Source: Oopsacas minuta (Eukaryota > Animalia > Porifera). From it: a DNA stretch of 64,000 nucleotides. The DNA lies in contig JAKMXF010000233.1 of NCBI GenBank assembly GCA_024704765.1, forward strand, positions 186,001 through 250,000, written 5' to 3'. Of the stretch, positions 10,776 to 20,982 are shown one piece after another. The notes beneath the pieces were generated by a model. It was given only the letters and a program-made list of their open reading frames with translations, ran no database searches and had not been told where the DNA came from. The translations under genes and the position numbers were made by a program. Every line of letters begins with the position of its first letter. The stretch's first letter is position 1.

Positions 10776-11920
10776 CTTTTACTAATTTATAGTCTAAGAT
10801 AGTAAAGGTCTAGCAACAGTGCGGGTGAGCTAGTATCTAACAGCCAACACACAGACACTACTGTGTGAATTTTATATCCGCAAATTATGATATAGCTAGC
10901 ATCTCGAAATTTGTGGTCTATAATTTTGTTCAAATTATATGCCTAAAGAAGCTAATTTCAGTAAAAACATCTAAAATTTTAACCTGTTCCGACAGCTTAG
11001 GGTGCACTATGTGTATTAGGCCGACGGAGAAATATATATTGGTGGCATTTTGTCTATTTGAGTATAATGTAATACTTTACATGCCTCCAATTACTAGGTA
11101 CACTGGATAAATCCAATTGACATACTGTGCTGTTGGCATAGATTGTAATAGTTGAAATCTTGCTCGCTACGCTTGCAGTGTGTTTTAAAATTATAAATTA
11201 CAATCTGTGTCGACAGCATAATGAGAATAATATATAAAGTGCATTTATTTATAGTGGCATTATAATTTTGTAGGCACTATAAAGATTAATATTTTCCTCT
11301 AATACACTTAGTGCCTCCAATTAATTTTTTCGGATTGTCATTAGCAATATTTAGCTATCTGTTTTCTTACTGTGTAGACAGTGAGGTTGTGTAATCATTC
11401 TATGAACCTCTTGGAATTTTAGTTTTGCTAATTTTTGTATTTTCGTTAGCAATAAGTGATGATATGATGGTCTTATAATTTAAAGTTCAAATTCTGCCAA
11501 TAATCTACCATTTCTACTTACTCGCCATTTCCAGCATATAGTATGTATGAATATAGCTGCAATACGATAAATTGGATGTCGGCCGACTTGACAGGCCAGT
11601 AGTGTAGCACTGGCTCGATCCAATTACCCCGAACGAATTGTGATGTATATCTGCAATTTGTTTCCTATATTTAACAGATGTGAAATGTGAGAATGCTCAT
11701 ATGTGTAAGTTCGAATCTTAGTTCCCTTACAGTTGATATCTAATACCCACTATCTCGAACCAGGGGCTTCATTTAAAGGGACATTTGTCCCCCTAGGCCG
11801 GGCCCTTGCCAATATGTCTCGATGAAACACAGCCAACATATTATAGTTTTCATATGGGACTATGGTTTGTCAATTGTATATAATATAGTGTATTTCTTGC
11901 TTACGATAGTCACGAATTAG

Positions 11921-12478
11921 ATGTCAAAAGAGGTTTTAATACCAATAGCAAACGGTTCAGAAGATATTGAGACTGTAACCTTGATAGATGTCCTACGTAG
12001 AGCTCAGGCAAATGTCACAGTAGCGAGTATAGGAGAAGAGCTACTTGTAGTTGCTGCTAGAGGTACGAAAATAATCGCAGATGTTAAAATTTCGGATTGT
12101 AAAATGAAAGAATGGGATTTGATTGCTTTACCTGGTGGAATGCCTGGAGCAAAGAATTTATCAGAAAACAGTGTCTTAGTTGAATTGTTGAAAAGCCAAA
12201 ATGAGAAAGGCAAGCTTTATGCTGCTATTTGCGCTAGTCCAGCTATTGTATTACAACCACATGGATTGTTAATTGAAAAGAATGCCTGTTGCTATCCTGC
12301 CTTCAGAGAGAATATTCCACCAGAACAACTCGCTCCTGCACACAATAGAGTTGTTGTTGATCAAAATTGTATTACGTCACTGGGCCCAGCAACAGCAATA
12401 GAGTTTGCATTGAAATTGGTTGAGCTGTTGTTTGGTAAGGATCTGTCTGATACAATTGGTAAAGCTATGCTATGTTAG
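11921..12478 (+). CDS. DJ-1/PfpI family protein, YajL/ThiJ-like, intronless
   Basis: GSEDIE (Glu17), LPGGMPGA, ICASP nucleophile Cys104, TSLGPATAIEFAL. Confidence 0.92.
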   Translation: MSKEVLIPIANGSEDIETVTLIDVLRRAQANVTVASIGEELLVVAARGTKIIADVKISDCKMKEWDLIALPGGMPGAKNLSENSVLVELLKSQNEKGKLYAAICASPAIVLQPHGLLIEKNACCYPAFRENIPPEQLAPAHNRVVVDQNCITSLGPATAIEFALKLVELLFGKDLSDTIGKAMLC

Positions 12479-12528
12479 AAATATCAATTGATGTTGATGT
12501 TATTGTAGTAATTTTCCAAATTCTCATT

Positions 12529-12600
12529 CAGGGCCAGTCCTACTGCTAGGCAACTAGGCGATTTCCTAGGGCATCAAATTTACCTCTAGGACTGACTCTG
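12529..12600. mobile_element. 72-bp hAT-like MITE
   Basis: TIR CAGGGCCAGTCCTA vs CAGAGTCAGTCCTA (12/14). No TSD seen. Confidence 0.5.
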
Positions 12601-12754
12601 GTATTTAGTATTACGAGGGCTTCAGGTCGGGGATCTTACGAAGGCAGCACTTCGCAGCCTTATTATATTTAATATATTTACTAAGGTGTTGCCCACTTTA
12701 TGTTATTTATATGTAAATTCTTATTAATGTATCAGATTTACAAATTCACTCAAG

Positions 12755-13375
12755 ATGGCCACAAATCAGCCTGATCCTCAACAAAAAATCGTTGAGACCC
12801 CTGAAGCTGAAGAACCTAAGATAATCGATCCCAAGAAAGATGAGGCTCCAAAGAGCGAGGAAAACACTGGAGATGCCTCACAGACAGGCGAGAAGAAAGA
12901 AGTAACTGGAACTGAGAAAGGGACTTCCGAACCGCCTCAACCGCCAGAACCTTTTGACGCTTATGTCCAAAAAGTAATCGACTCTGTAACAGATAAGATC
13001 AAAGCAAAGACAGGCATTGACCGAGACCAATTTGAAGGTGTTAGTTTTTGCCAGTATGTTAGTGAGGAAATGGCTTATTACGTCAAATTCCATCAAGAAA
13101 ATGATATGTTTATGCATGTTAAGATAACTAAACCTTTCATACCAACGCTGCAAGAGACTTGGGAAGTTCCCTTTGAGGTTGAAGAAGTTAGGATGGATCA
13201 AAAGGATGAAGAAAAAGTTCGTGTTTGGGATAAACCAGGTACAACTCTAGACAGAGATAGAAAAGATGAATTCTATAGCGAAAAGTGGATCGAGGAAGAC
13301 AAAAAGTTAGGAGTTAACAAACCTAAGATTAATTATCATCAATATGAATTGGAGGCTGCTTTAAAGCCTGTTTGA
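12755..13375 (+). CDS. Stefin/type-1 cystatin-like domain with an acidic, Pro/Glu-rich N-terminal extension
   Basis: FEGVSFCQYVSEEMAYYVKFHQENDMFMHVKI aligns without gaps to stefin B [32 protein letters not shown] (from memory). Confidence 0.7.
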   Translation: MATNQPDPQQKIVETPEAEEPKIIDPKKDEAPKSEENTGDASQTGEKKEVTGTEKGTSEPPQPPEPFDAYVQKVIDSVTDKIKAKTGIDRDQFEGVSFCQYVSEEMAYYVKFHQENDMFMHVKITKPFIPTLQETWEVPFEVEEVRMDQKDEEKVRVWDKPGTTLDRDRKDEFYSEKWIEEDKKLGVNKPKINYHQYELEAALKPV

Positions 13376-14548
13376 CCTCAATTTCCTTCTTTCTCTCTAT
13401 CAAATTTTACCATTTTGTATTATGTATATTCGTAGTTGCTGTGTTTTTATAGTGCATATACTTGGTATAACTTTCGCAATTTTTGCAATTTTGAACAACT
13501 CATACGGCAGGGGTTTATCCAGGAATTTCTAGTCCGAAACTTTTCTTGCACTGTCTCTCCTGGGATTACATTTTTTTGGAAGGAAACATATTGATATCTC
13601 ACCTTAAATTTTCTGGGGAATGAAGTTATTAGAGTGATTCATAACAAAATAAACACTTTTGCGTCATTATAGTGGGTAAATATCCTACTAGCTATTCATC
13701 CTACTAGCTATCCATTTCATTTCATAATCCGAGATAATTTCAACTGATCTTGAATATATCACACGGATAGAACGTTGGCAATGATGCATGTACATTTGTC
13801 TTCTAATGTCCTAATTATATCCAATTCTACTGTCGACGAATTATTTTGATGGGACAATGCTCTTCAGATTAGTGAGGGTGTACTATACTATACTATACCT
13901 TGCAATTCAATTGCATTAGAACCTGTAGTCTTGGAAATTGTTTATTATCTCAATGCAATAAGCCTTCAATAACCTGAAAATATGATAACGCGTCAAATGA
14001 CTTCGCATTTATATATTTGTAATTGTTGTCAGATGGTTGGTTACTTAGAAATTGAATGACATTTTAAATTTTGGCTCAAAAATAACTCTCCAATACTTTG
14101 TGTAGCTTTCACTACAAAATATTTGGTTTCAAATAAATCAAAGATTTTCTTTAGGAAATCTGGTTTGCTCATCATATAAAGTTTTACAATGTTTGAAATA
14201 CATTAATATGTCTAGTAAATTACAAACTATTGAGTTAGAATTGCTTATCTCCAAAATAAATTTATATACCTTTCATATATATGATAATTAAATTGTCCAA
14301 AAGTTAATTAGTAACCTAATAACCTCTATGTTATAAATTATAATAATATGAAACCACAAATTTCCAATTGGTTCTAATAAATTTATTGCAAGAAATTACA
14401 TTAAGCTAAAGCTATACACCATGAATAATAGATTGCAGGAATCTTCTTGCGGGTGTATTTAATGTCGCAGCGCTGATAAATACTTTCCTTTGCCTTTAGA
14501 TTTCATGTATTTCCTTCATCAGATTCTCGAAATTCTCAATCTCTTTAA

Positions 14549-14878
14549 TCAATCGCCTTTTATCTTCGAATCTTTTTTTACATTCTTCAGAAATTCCAAC
14601 TCTGTTTCGTCAATTGCATAAAACAGATTTTTCCTGAATTTTTTCTTGATTGAAATCACTCCACTATTTCCCCAGATTTTAGTATTATGTTTCCTTACAC
14701 TGTATTTTGCGTATATTACCATGATGTTAGGACAGTCTCTTGCTTGGTATTTCTCTGCGATACTGATATTCTCTAAGGGAGGGGGAGATGTGCCGTATAT
14801 CAAAAAACAACTATTCTTTTCACTTTGATCTTGTTTAGGATAAATACTGTACCTCCTCAAGATATCAATTAATTCCAT
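14549..14878 (-). CDS. Unrecognised ORF family member 1 (short, possibly truncated or decayed)
   Basis: RYSIYPKQDQSEKNSCFLIYG matches RYGINIHILQKEKNRRFFVKG of 16250-16927; IWGNSGVISIKKKFRK matches NWKDCESVLSIGRNFDK. Confidence 0.45.
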   Translation of the reverse strand: MELIDILRRYSIYPKQDQSEKNSCFLIYGTSPPPLENISIAEKYQARDCPNIMVIYAKYSVRKHNTKIWGNSGVISIKKKFRKNLFYAIDETELEFLKNVKKDSKIKGD

Positions 14879-16249
14879 TTTATTCCGATTATTGCTTGGT
14901 TATATTTTCATTATTTTCAACTCTTTATATAGCGAAATTTCTATTTTTTCGGATGTTAATATGCCACTGACTCGTAGTAATATTCTGCTTTAAATTTCAT
15001 GTTTCTGATAGTATTATTTAATGATATGAAATCTGATATTTGCCCTCGTAGATATTTCTATTATTAGTTATTCAAGAGAAATGTATATTTCCGCTCTTCG
15101 TGAAAGGTAGATTACTTGATCTATGTATAAATAGAAGTTCTCTGTATTGTTAGAATTATTCATGATGACACTTTCTGTAGTAAATCATTGTATTTCTATG
15201 CTGGAATTGGGCCAGACATTCCATTTATTCTTTTAAAACTACAAAAGTCTCAGTGGCTCTCCGGCCTTGGCGGACACTAGCATACATGTAACACATTGTC
15301 ACTACTGGAGCACTTTGTATCTGACGCAACGCAATACCTGACGTAACGTACGTTCTACACTAGGGATTATTCTTAGAAAATATGCTTATTCTTATTTGTT
15401 CACTGCTTTCGGGAAATTTGAAGCAGATTTGGAATCGGTTCAATTTCAGAACCTGATCCGAGCCGAACCTAAAACCGAATTTGAGGTCTCTAAATTTGGG
15501 AAAGATCAGAAATGAACCCAAACCCGAACCCGATACCAACTCTGATTTGAAGATATTCTTTAGGTTCGAAGCTGGACATATACAAAATGAAAATCATTAA
15601 AATGGTAATCACAAGCTTAACTTACATTGCCCCTTAGATTTCTGGGAATTCTTATTAGCTAGATATTCAAATATTTCTGATTACAATGATTCATATCTTA
15701 TCATAATCATACATCATCGATAATTATTACAATTGAAATTCTCATATAAAAGCAAATTCTTGAATTTGTCAGTAAATAAGGCCCCAGTTTTGTATAATAG
15801 GTAAAATGCCACAAGCATCGTAATTATAGATTTTACAATATTTACCATGGATTACTTCAAGTCTATTAAATATAAGTTACAATAGTATTCTTTCGATAAT
15901 ATCTAATTGTGTTATTGATAAATGATAATCAACACAAGCCAGGTCATACAACTATCCCAATTTGAAATGATGCCATCTGTTTGGTTAAAAGGGCATTATG
16001 TTGTTAAAAATGCCGACATGAACAGATGACCACGGACAACCACTACATGTACATCTAAGTCTAGTATATTGAAAGATAAATATAATTATCTGGACAGATT
16101 TCTAAAATTATAAGAAATTACTTTGGTTTATATACATTGAATCTATTCATTGATTATAATACAAAAAATAATTAAATATAATTATTGAGTACAGGGAATA
16201 ATTAAATTATTAACTTTATCAGTTGTAATAAGCAATACACAAACTTTAC

Positions 16250-16927
16250 TCATGGCTCCAATGGACAGTAGTTATTCCTCATCATAAAATGGTAAGTTCC
16301 AATTTCTACTAGCAATATTCTCTTCTCTTCTAAGAGTGTCTTCCGGGTTCTTTCTAATAAGTCAATTTCTTGTAGATTTGTTTTATCTTCTTGTGAGAAT
16401 TTCTCTTTTCCCCTGTAGTAGACATCGCGATACTTTTGCTGTTTCATCGAAAGTAATTTATTGCAATTTTCTACATATAGAGAAGGCATTGACCGAGAGC
16501 CTTGACAGTCACTTGTGCATATACAGTCAATATTATCATAAATATCCTGTAAATCAAATATCCCCAGATTCCATAAGGGCTGAAGTAAATTTAGTTGAAA
16601 TCTATTCTCTCCCTCATTATTTTCAAAATTTTTATTTTGTGATATTTTCGCCCCGAAAATATATTCGTATTCACTCTTGTCAAAATTTCTACCTATACTC
16701 AGGACTGATTCGCAATCTTTCCAGTTACCTTCATTCGATGCTTTCATTCTGTTTATCTTATACACGATGTAACAGTCTATTTCTTTCCTGTGTTTGTACA
16801 CATGTAAGTCTTGCTTTTTATCTAAAATGTATCTGCCTTTCACAAAGAACCTTCTATTTTTTTCTTTTTGTAGAATGTGTATATTAATTCCATATCTCTT
16901 TTCCATTAGTTCAGTATATCTTATCAT
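16250..16927 (-). CDS. Unrecognised ORF family member 2, 225 aa
   Basis: Single-exon ORF with three blocks clearly homologous to 19363-19932; no known domain recognised. Confidence 0.6.
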   Translation of the reverse strand: MIRYTELMEKRYGINIHILQKEKNRRFFVKGRYILDKKQDLHVYKHRKEIDCYIVYKINRMKASNEGNWKDCESVLSIGRNFDKSEYEYIFGAKISQNKNFENNEGENRFQLNLLQPLWNLGIFDLQDIYDNIDCICTSDCQGSRSMPSLYVENCNKLLSMKQQKYRDVYYRGKEKFSQEDKTNLQEIDLLERTRKTLLEEKRILLVEIGTYHFMMRNNYCPLEP

Positions 16928-17924
16928 TGTTGTATAAAATTAAACAAGAAAACACGCTTTTTATATTTACGATTTGATGTTTAACTTTATGGCCCAAATT
17001 GTTTACGTTAGTTCAATCATGTGTCTGCTTACACATTGCATTCAAATGATTTGTTAGATAGATAATACTTGCCTCCACTCGTTGACCAGAATAGGCTACA
17101 CATCGGGGTATCATAGTTCTCCTCTATTTATAGATGGAGTTATTGAATGTAAATTTTATGTGGTAAACTTTTAAACTATTTTACCTAAATCAACTGTAAC
17201 AAAATTCCTGGATTTTATGGTATTTTAGGTATATCCTTTGATGGCGTACGTATCTGTAATATTACAAATTAAATAAAGATAATACGTACTTTACAGTAAC
17301 CCATTTCTAGTAAGTTATTTTGATATTTACCATGAGAGTATGATCGTATTAATTATGCTAAGGTCACGTACAGTAAATTACTCATTTCACAGCCATGATT
17401 TTCTAGGAAATGAAACGGAATTTTATTTAAGATTTTTTAATTATTTATTAACCTGATAGATATTGTACAAGTATTGATGGTGTATGTATTTGTCATCTAA
17501 TTATTCCATTATTGTAATCATCATATAAAATTTTTTTGTGATAATGTTCTCTGAAATATTTGTCAGTGTAGGAGGACAGTAATATCACCATGTGTCAGGA
17601 TATTAATATGGGGATTTTCCAGTTACTTTGTTAACTTTTTCTAATTTCTTACATTATAAGTGTTATCCTTTTGATGGTTATGGTATAAAATCCCCTAAAA
17701 ATTAATAATATTTTTCAGCTAATTGTATCATCAATTCGATTATTTGAAGTACTTTATTGTGTAAAATTGATTACAGCCATTTGTCATATAATCATTATCA
17801 GCTTTAAGAATTGGTACGATACGAACTCCGCTTTCAATAAGAAATTCCATTGAATCCTTATGCGTATTATAATTGTATCAATCATCATATATTCCATGTC
17901 TATATTTATTAGCCTTATTAATCT

Positions 17925-18575
17925 ATGATGTCAATCCTTTTAAAATGGAATGGATTATCTACGAGGAAGAAATGTATATTCACTACAGCAACATTTGCAC
18001 TTTTAGCTGTCGGGATTAATTATATGTTTAATTCTAAGCAGTTTTCTCGTACAGATAATTTACTACAACATTTTAACAGAATTACTCTAATGGCACTAGA
18101 TAACACGAATAGAGAATTCAAAGCTTATGAATTATGGAAAGACAATCCGGTTATGATAATGGCAATCCGTAGACCTGGATGATTCTTGTGTATATCAGAA
18201 GCAAACAGAATTGCTTCTATTTCACCTCTTTTGGAAGAGAAAGGGGTTAAACTATACGGTGTTGTCCATGAAGAGATGGGAGGTAAGGAATTTGAAAAGT
18301 TCCTACACGCTGAAGTTTATTTGGATTCGGCTAGAGGATTTTTTGGTCCAGAAGAAAAATGGATTGGATTTGGCGAGTTTTTTAAACCAGTGAATTGGAT
18401 CAGTTCATATTATGCTTGGAAAAATGGCGCCAGTGGTAATTCCAATGGAGAAGGACGGTTGTTAGGTGCATTGTATATTATTAGCAACGATAGGGTTGAA
18501 TTGGAATTTAGGCCAAATGCAGTTGGTGATTTCTGTTCTCTAGAATTGATTAAAGATGTGATAAGGAAATTATAG
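17925..18575 (+). CDS. SELENOU: Selenoprotein U (PRXL2A/FAM213A-type AhpC/TSA-like redoxin), 216 aa with Sec86
   Basis: ORFs 17925-18182 and 18186-18575 are in one frame, separated only by TGA (18180-18182) plus TTC. Reading is RRPG-U-FLC, exactly at the first Cys of the PRXL2A RRPGCFLC motif. N-terminal TM helix, GEGRLLG motif, downstream SECIS. Confidence 0.93.
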
Positions 18576-18600
18576 ATTTGGTAATACAAATTTAGTAATT

Positions 18601-18657
18601 TACATATGATGGTGTTGAGTTAAATTCTATGATTCAATATCTGATCTTTTTTGTGTA
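18601..18657 (+). promoter_or_regulatory. Eukaryotic SECIS element (3' UTR of the SelU gene)
   Basis: ATGAT core (18606-18610); helix II GGTGTTGAGT (18611-18620) pairs at all 10 positions (3 G-U) with ATTCAATATC (18632-18641); apical AAA (18622-18624); 3' core TGAT (18642-18645); helix I TACAT/GTGTA. Confidence 0.9.
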
Positions 18658-19362
18658 TTACAAAATTTCAATATTGTGTCCTTATATTTACAGGATTAGC
18701 GTTAATACCAAATATCCTGCAATACCTATATTGTAGGCAATTAATACAAATTTGTGTTTGCAAACTGTAATATTCTCATATACAATTGTGTTGAGATGTT
18801 GCTATATCTCAAATAGATTGAAAGTCTTTTTGTGACGGTTTGAGATTTTTAAAATATTTATTCTCGTTAATTTGTGAATTTTTGTAATGCTTTGCTGCAA
18901 ATCTCGTTAATTCATTTAAGTGAACAAACTGCGAGCGGAGGGAGAAAAATATCTCAAATATGATCTGTGCCGACAGCACGTTAATTCCAAATAATAAGGT
19001 AAAATACTTTTCCAAGGCTCATTATATGTTGTAGTCGTGCAAAATTGCATTTTACTAAAGCAATTCGTATTTTGCTCTTTTTTACAAATGATTTTACAGT
19101 TATAATCAGCTAATATTATCAAAAGTTTTAATTAATCTCAGTTTAAACAGATTTACATAAATTTACTTTGAATAAATATACTAGAATGTACACATAATCA
19201 CATTGCAATTACTGAAAATAAAATATGTATCTTTATCATTGAGGTTATTTTAGGAAGATACTTTGAATTTGGACAATTATTTAACCTTTTAGAAATCTGA
19301 TCTCACTCTGACAATCCTGCAAAGTATAAATTACAAATATTTGTTTGAATTCTTATTTTATT

Positions 19363-19932
19363 TCATGTAATTGCTTTGCAATTACACTCTGATTTCCAAT
19401 TATTATCTTTTGCGCATATATTTTCACCATTTTCGAGTAACTCCCATAAATTCATTATCCCAATGTTTCGTAATGGGTATAATAGGTTTTTCTTTGGATC
19501 TGTTATTTCATAACTTTCTGGTGAAAATGGTTCGTATTTTATTGGTGGTTCATAATAATCATCAGAGCCTCCTAGCATCATTTGGAAGGAATATTTGCTT
19601 CGAGTCGAGCTTTCTATGCTAGCTGTGTGTATTTTGATACTTGTGGATCTATTTTCATCGTCTCTTCCTCCCCATATACGTGTGTAGCAACTTTTATTAA
19701 ATGAGCTAATTGGTTGTCTTTTAGGAGCTTCTACGCCCCAATTTTTGTCATTACTTGCCTTTACTCTGTTGTATTTATTCACCACATAATAATCATCTAA
19801 TTCATTGTGTTGATAGATTTCTCTGTCTTGCTTAAGATTAGCGCAATACTTACCTTCTACGAGGAATAATCGTTGCTTCTCTGTAGTATCTTTAGTGATA
19901 GTGTTTGAAAACTGTGTTTGTTTACTACTCAT
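19363..19932 (-). CDS. Unrecognised ORF family member 3, 189 aa
   Basis: EKQRLFLVEGKY...KQD...NRVKASNDKNW, FNKSCYTRIWG and NLLYPLRNIGIMNL match member 2. Confidence 0.6.
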   Translation of the reverse strand: MSSKQTQFSNTITKDTTEKQRLFLVEGKYCANLKQDREIYQHNELDDYYVVNKYNRVKASNDKNWGVEAPKRQPISSFNKSCYTRIWGGRDDENRSTSIKIHTASIESSTRSKYSFQMMLGGSDDYYEPPIKYEPFSPESYEITDPKKNLLYPLRNIGIMNLWELLENGENICAKDNNWKSECNCKAIT

Positions 19933-20982
19933 TTTGAATTGAGGCTTAATTGGTTGTCTTCTCTTTCTTTAGATTATATTAATTGCCACGAATTTATATG
20001 TGTTGCTCTGATAGCCTAGCCCATAATTATCGTTTTGAGATATCTAAGGATCTTGACTCTTCTACCGTTATAGTACTCCCATACTTTTAATATAGCATAT
20101 TCTTAGAATATTTTCAGTTTTACTATGCAGACTTTATCCCCTGTAGTGTAATCGATAAATTATACTGCATGATCATGTGAATTAAAGAAACTGCAATAAA
20201 TGCAATTATATGGTAATGTTAAAATTATTTTATGTTAGAGATAGCATAAATATTAATTTGTTGATATATTTGAATATATTCAGTGTATATGAGTAATACT
20301 ACACTGATAAGTCTCAAGAAATATCGACTCAAAATTTGAGGAGATTTTATTCGATATCGATACTTTCAAAACCATTATTTGTAAATTATCACATACAAAT
20401 ATTGATTTTATCTGGAATAAACCCGAGAGTATCTATTACTAAAAGGAGTGTTAATCAAGGTAATACGATATACGTAATTTTATTCCATAATCAGCTCAGG
20501 ATGGTTTATTTTCTACAAATTATGTAATTGTATTGACTTGATAAATTATACTGAATTATTTGGTCAATTGCAACAACGCCTTCCTATATATGAAATTTAG
20601 CATCTAACCATACAATTTTGCTTAAAATACACATGTTTAACCTTGGGTTACAGATCAATACAATATATTGGATTACTAAATTATGTAAAAAATGCACTAA
20701 TATGCTGACGTTATCACATGCAATATTATAAATTTCTGATTTGATACAATAATATCTTGTTAACCTCAACACGACCATAACACTACAATTATTTTGCGTG
20801 AATGAACCAATATTTGAACCTCTGGCCATGTTCCATTATAGTATTTGCCTCGTTACACCACGTGTCGACTGACCTATTTGGTCTTTATACCAAAAATTGT
20901 GTATACAAATCTCAATAATCACTTGATAGAACTTTACACCAATATTTTACAATTATCAAATAAATACACACACAAATATCTG

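Larger units (their letters stand above)
2255..11765 (+). repeat. Head-to-tail tandem duplication: unit 1 = 2255-7100, unit 2 = 7103-11765
   Basis: Both units begin ATCGTCTTATACAAC and end CCCACTATCTCGAACCAGGG; the junction has a 2-nt spacer (CG, 7101-7102). Gene body, 3' flank and 5' flank all align. Confidence 0.9.

Noticed and set aside
11595-11720. tRNA/SINE-like A-box (TAGCACTGG) and B-box (GTTCGAATC), also in the duplicate at ~6935-7050
   Set aside because: The boxes are ~100 bp apart and no cloverleaf can be folded.
15360-15580. Cluster of GAACCC/CCGAACC motifs after TAGGGAT, resembling hAT subterminal repeats
   Set aside because: No matching second TIR or TSD was found, so boundaries cannot be supported.
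16250-16927. Similarity of LMEKRYGINIHIL to the Polinton/Maverick pPolB-associated FEK..ISINV motif
   Set aside because: Only a short motif; the expected downstream NLLL..HY and polymerase motifs are absent.
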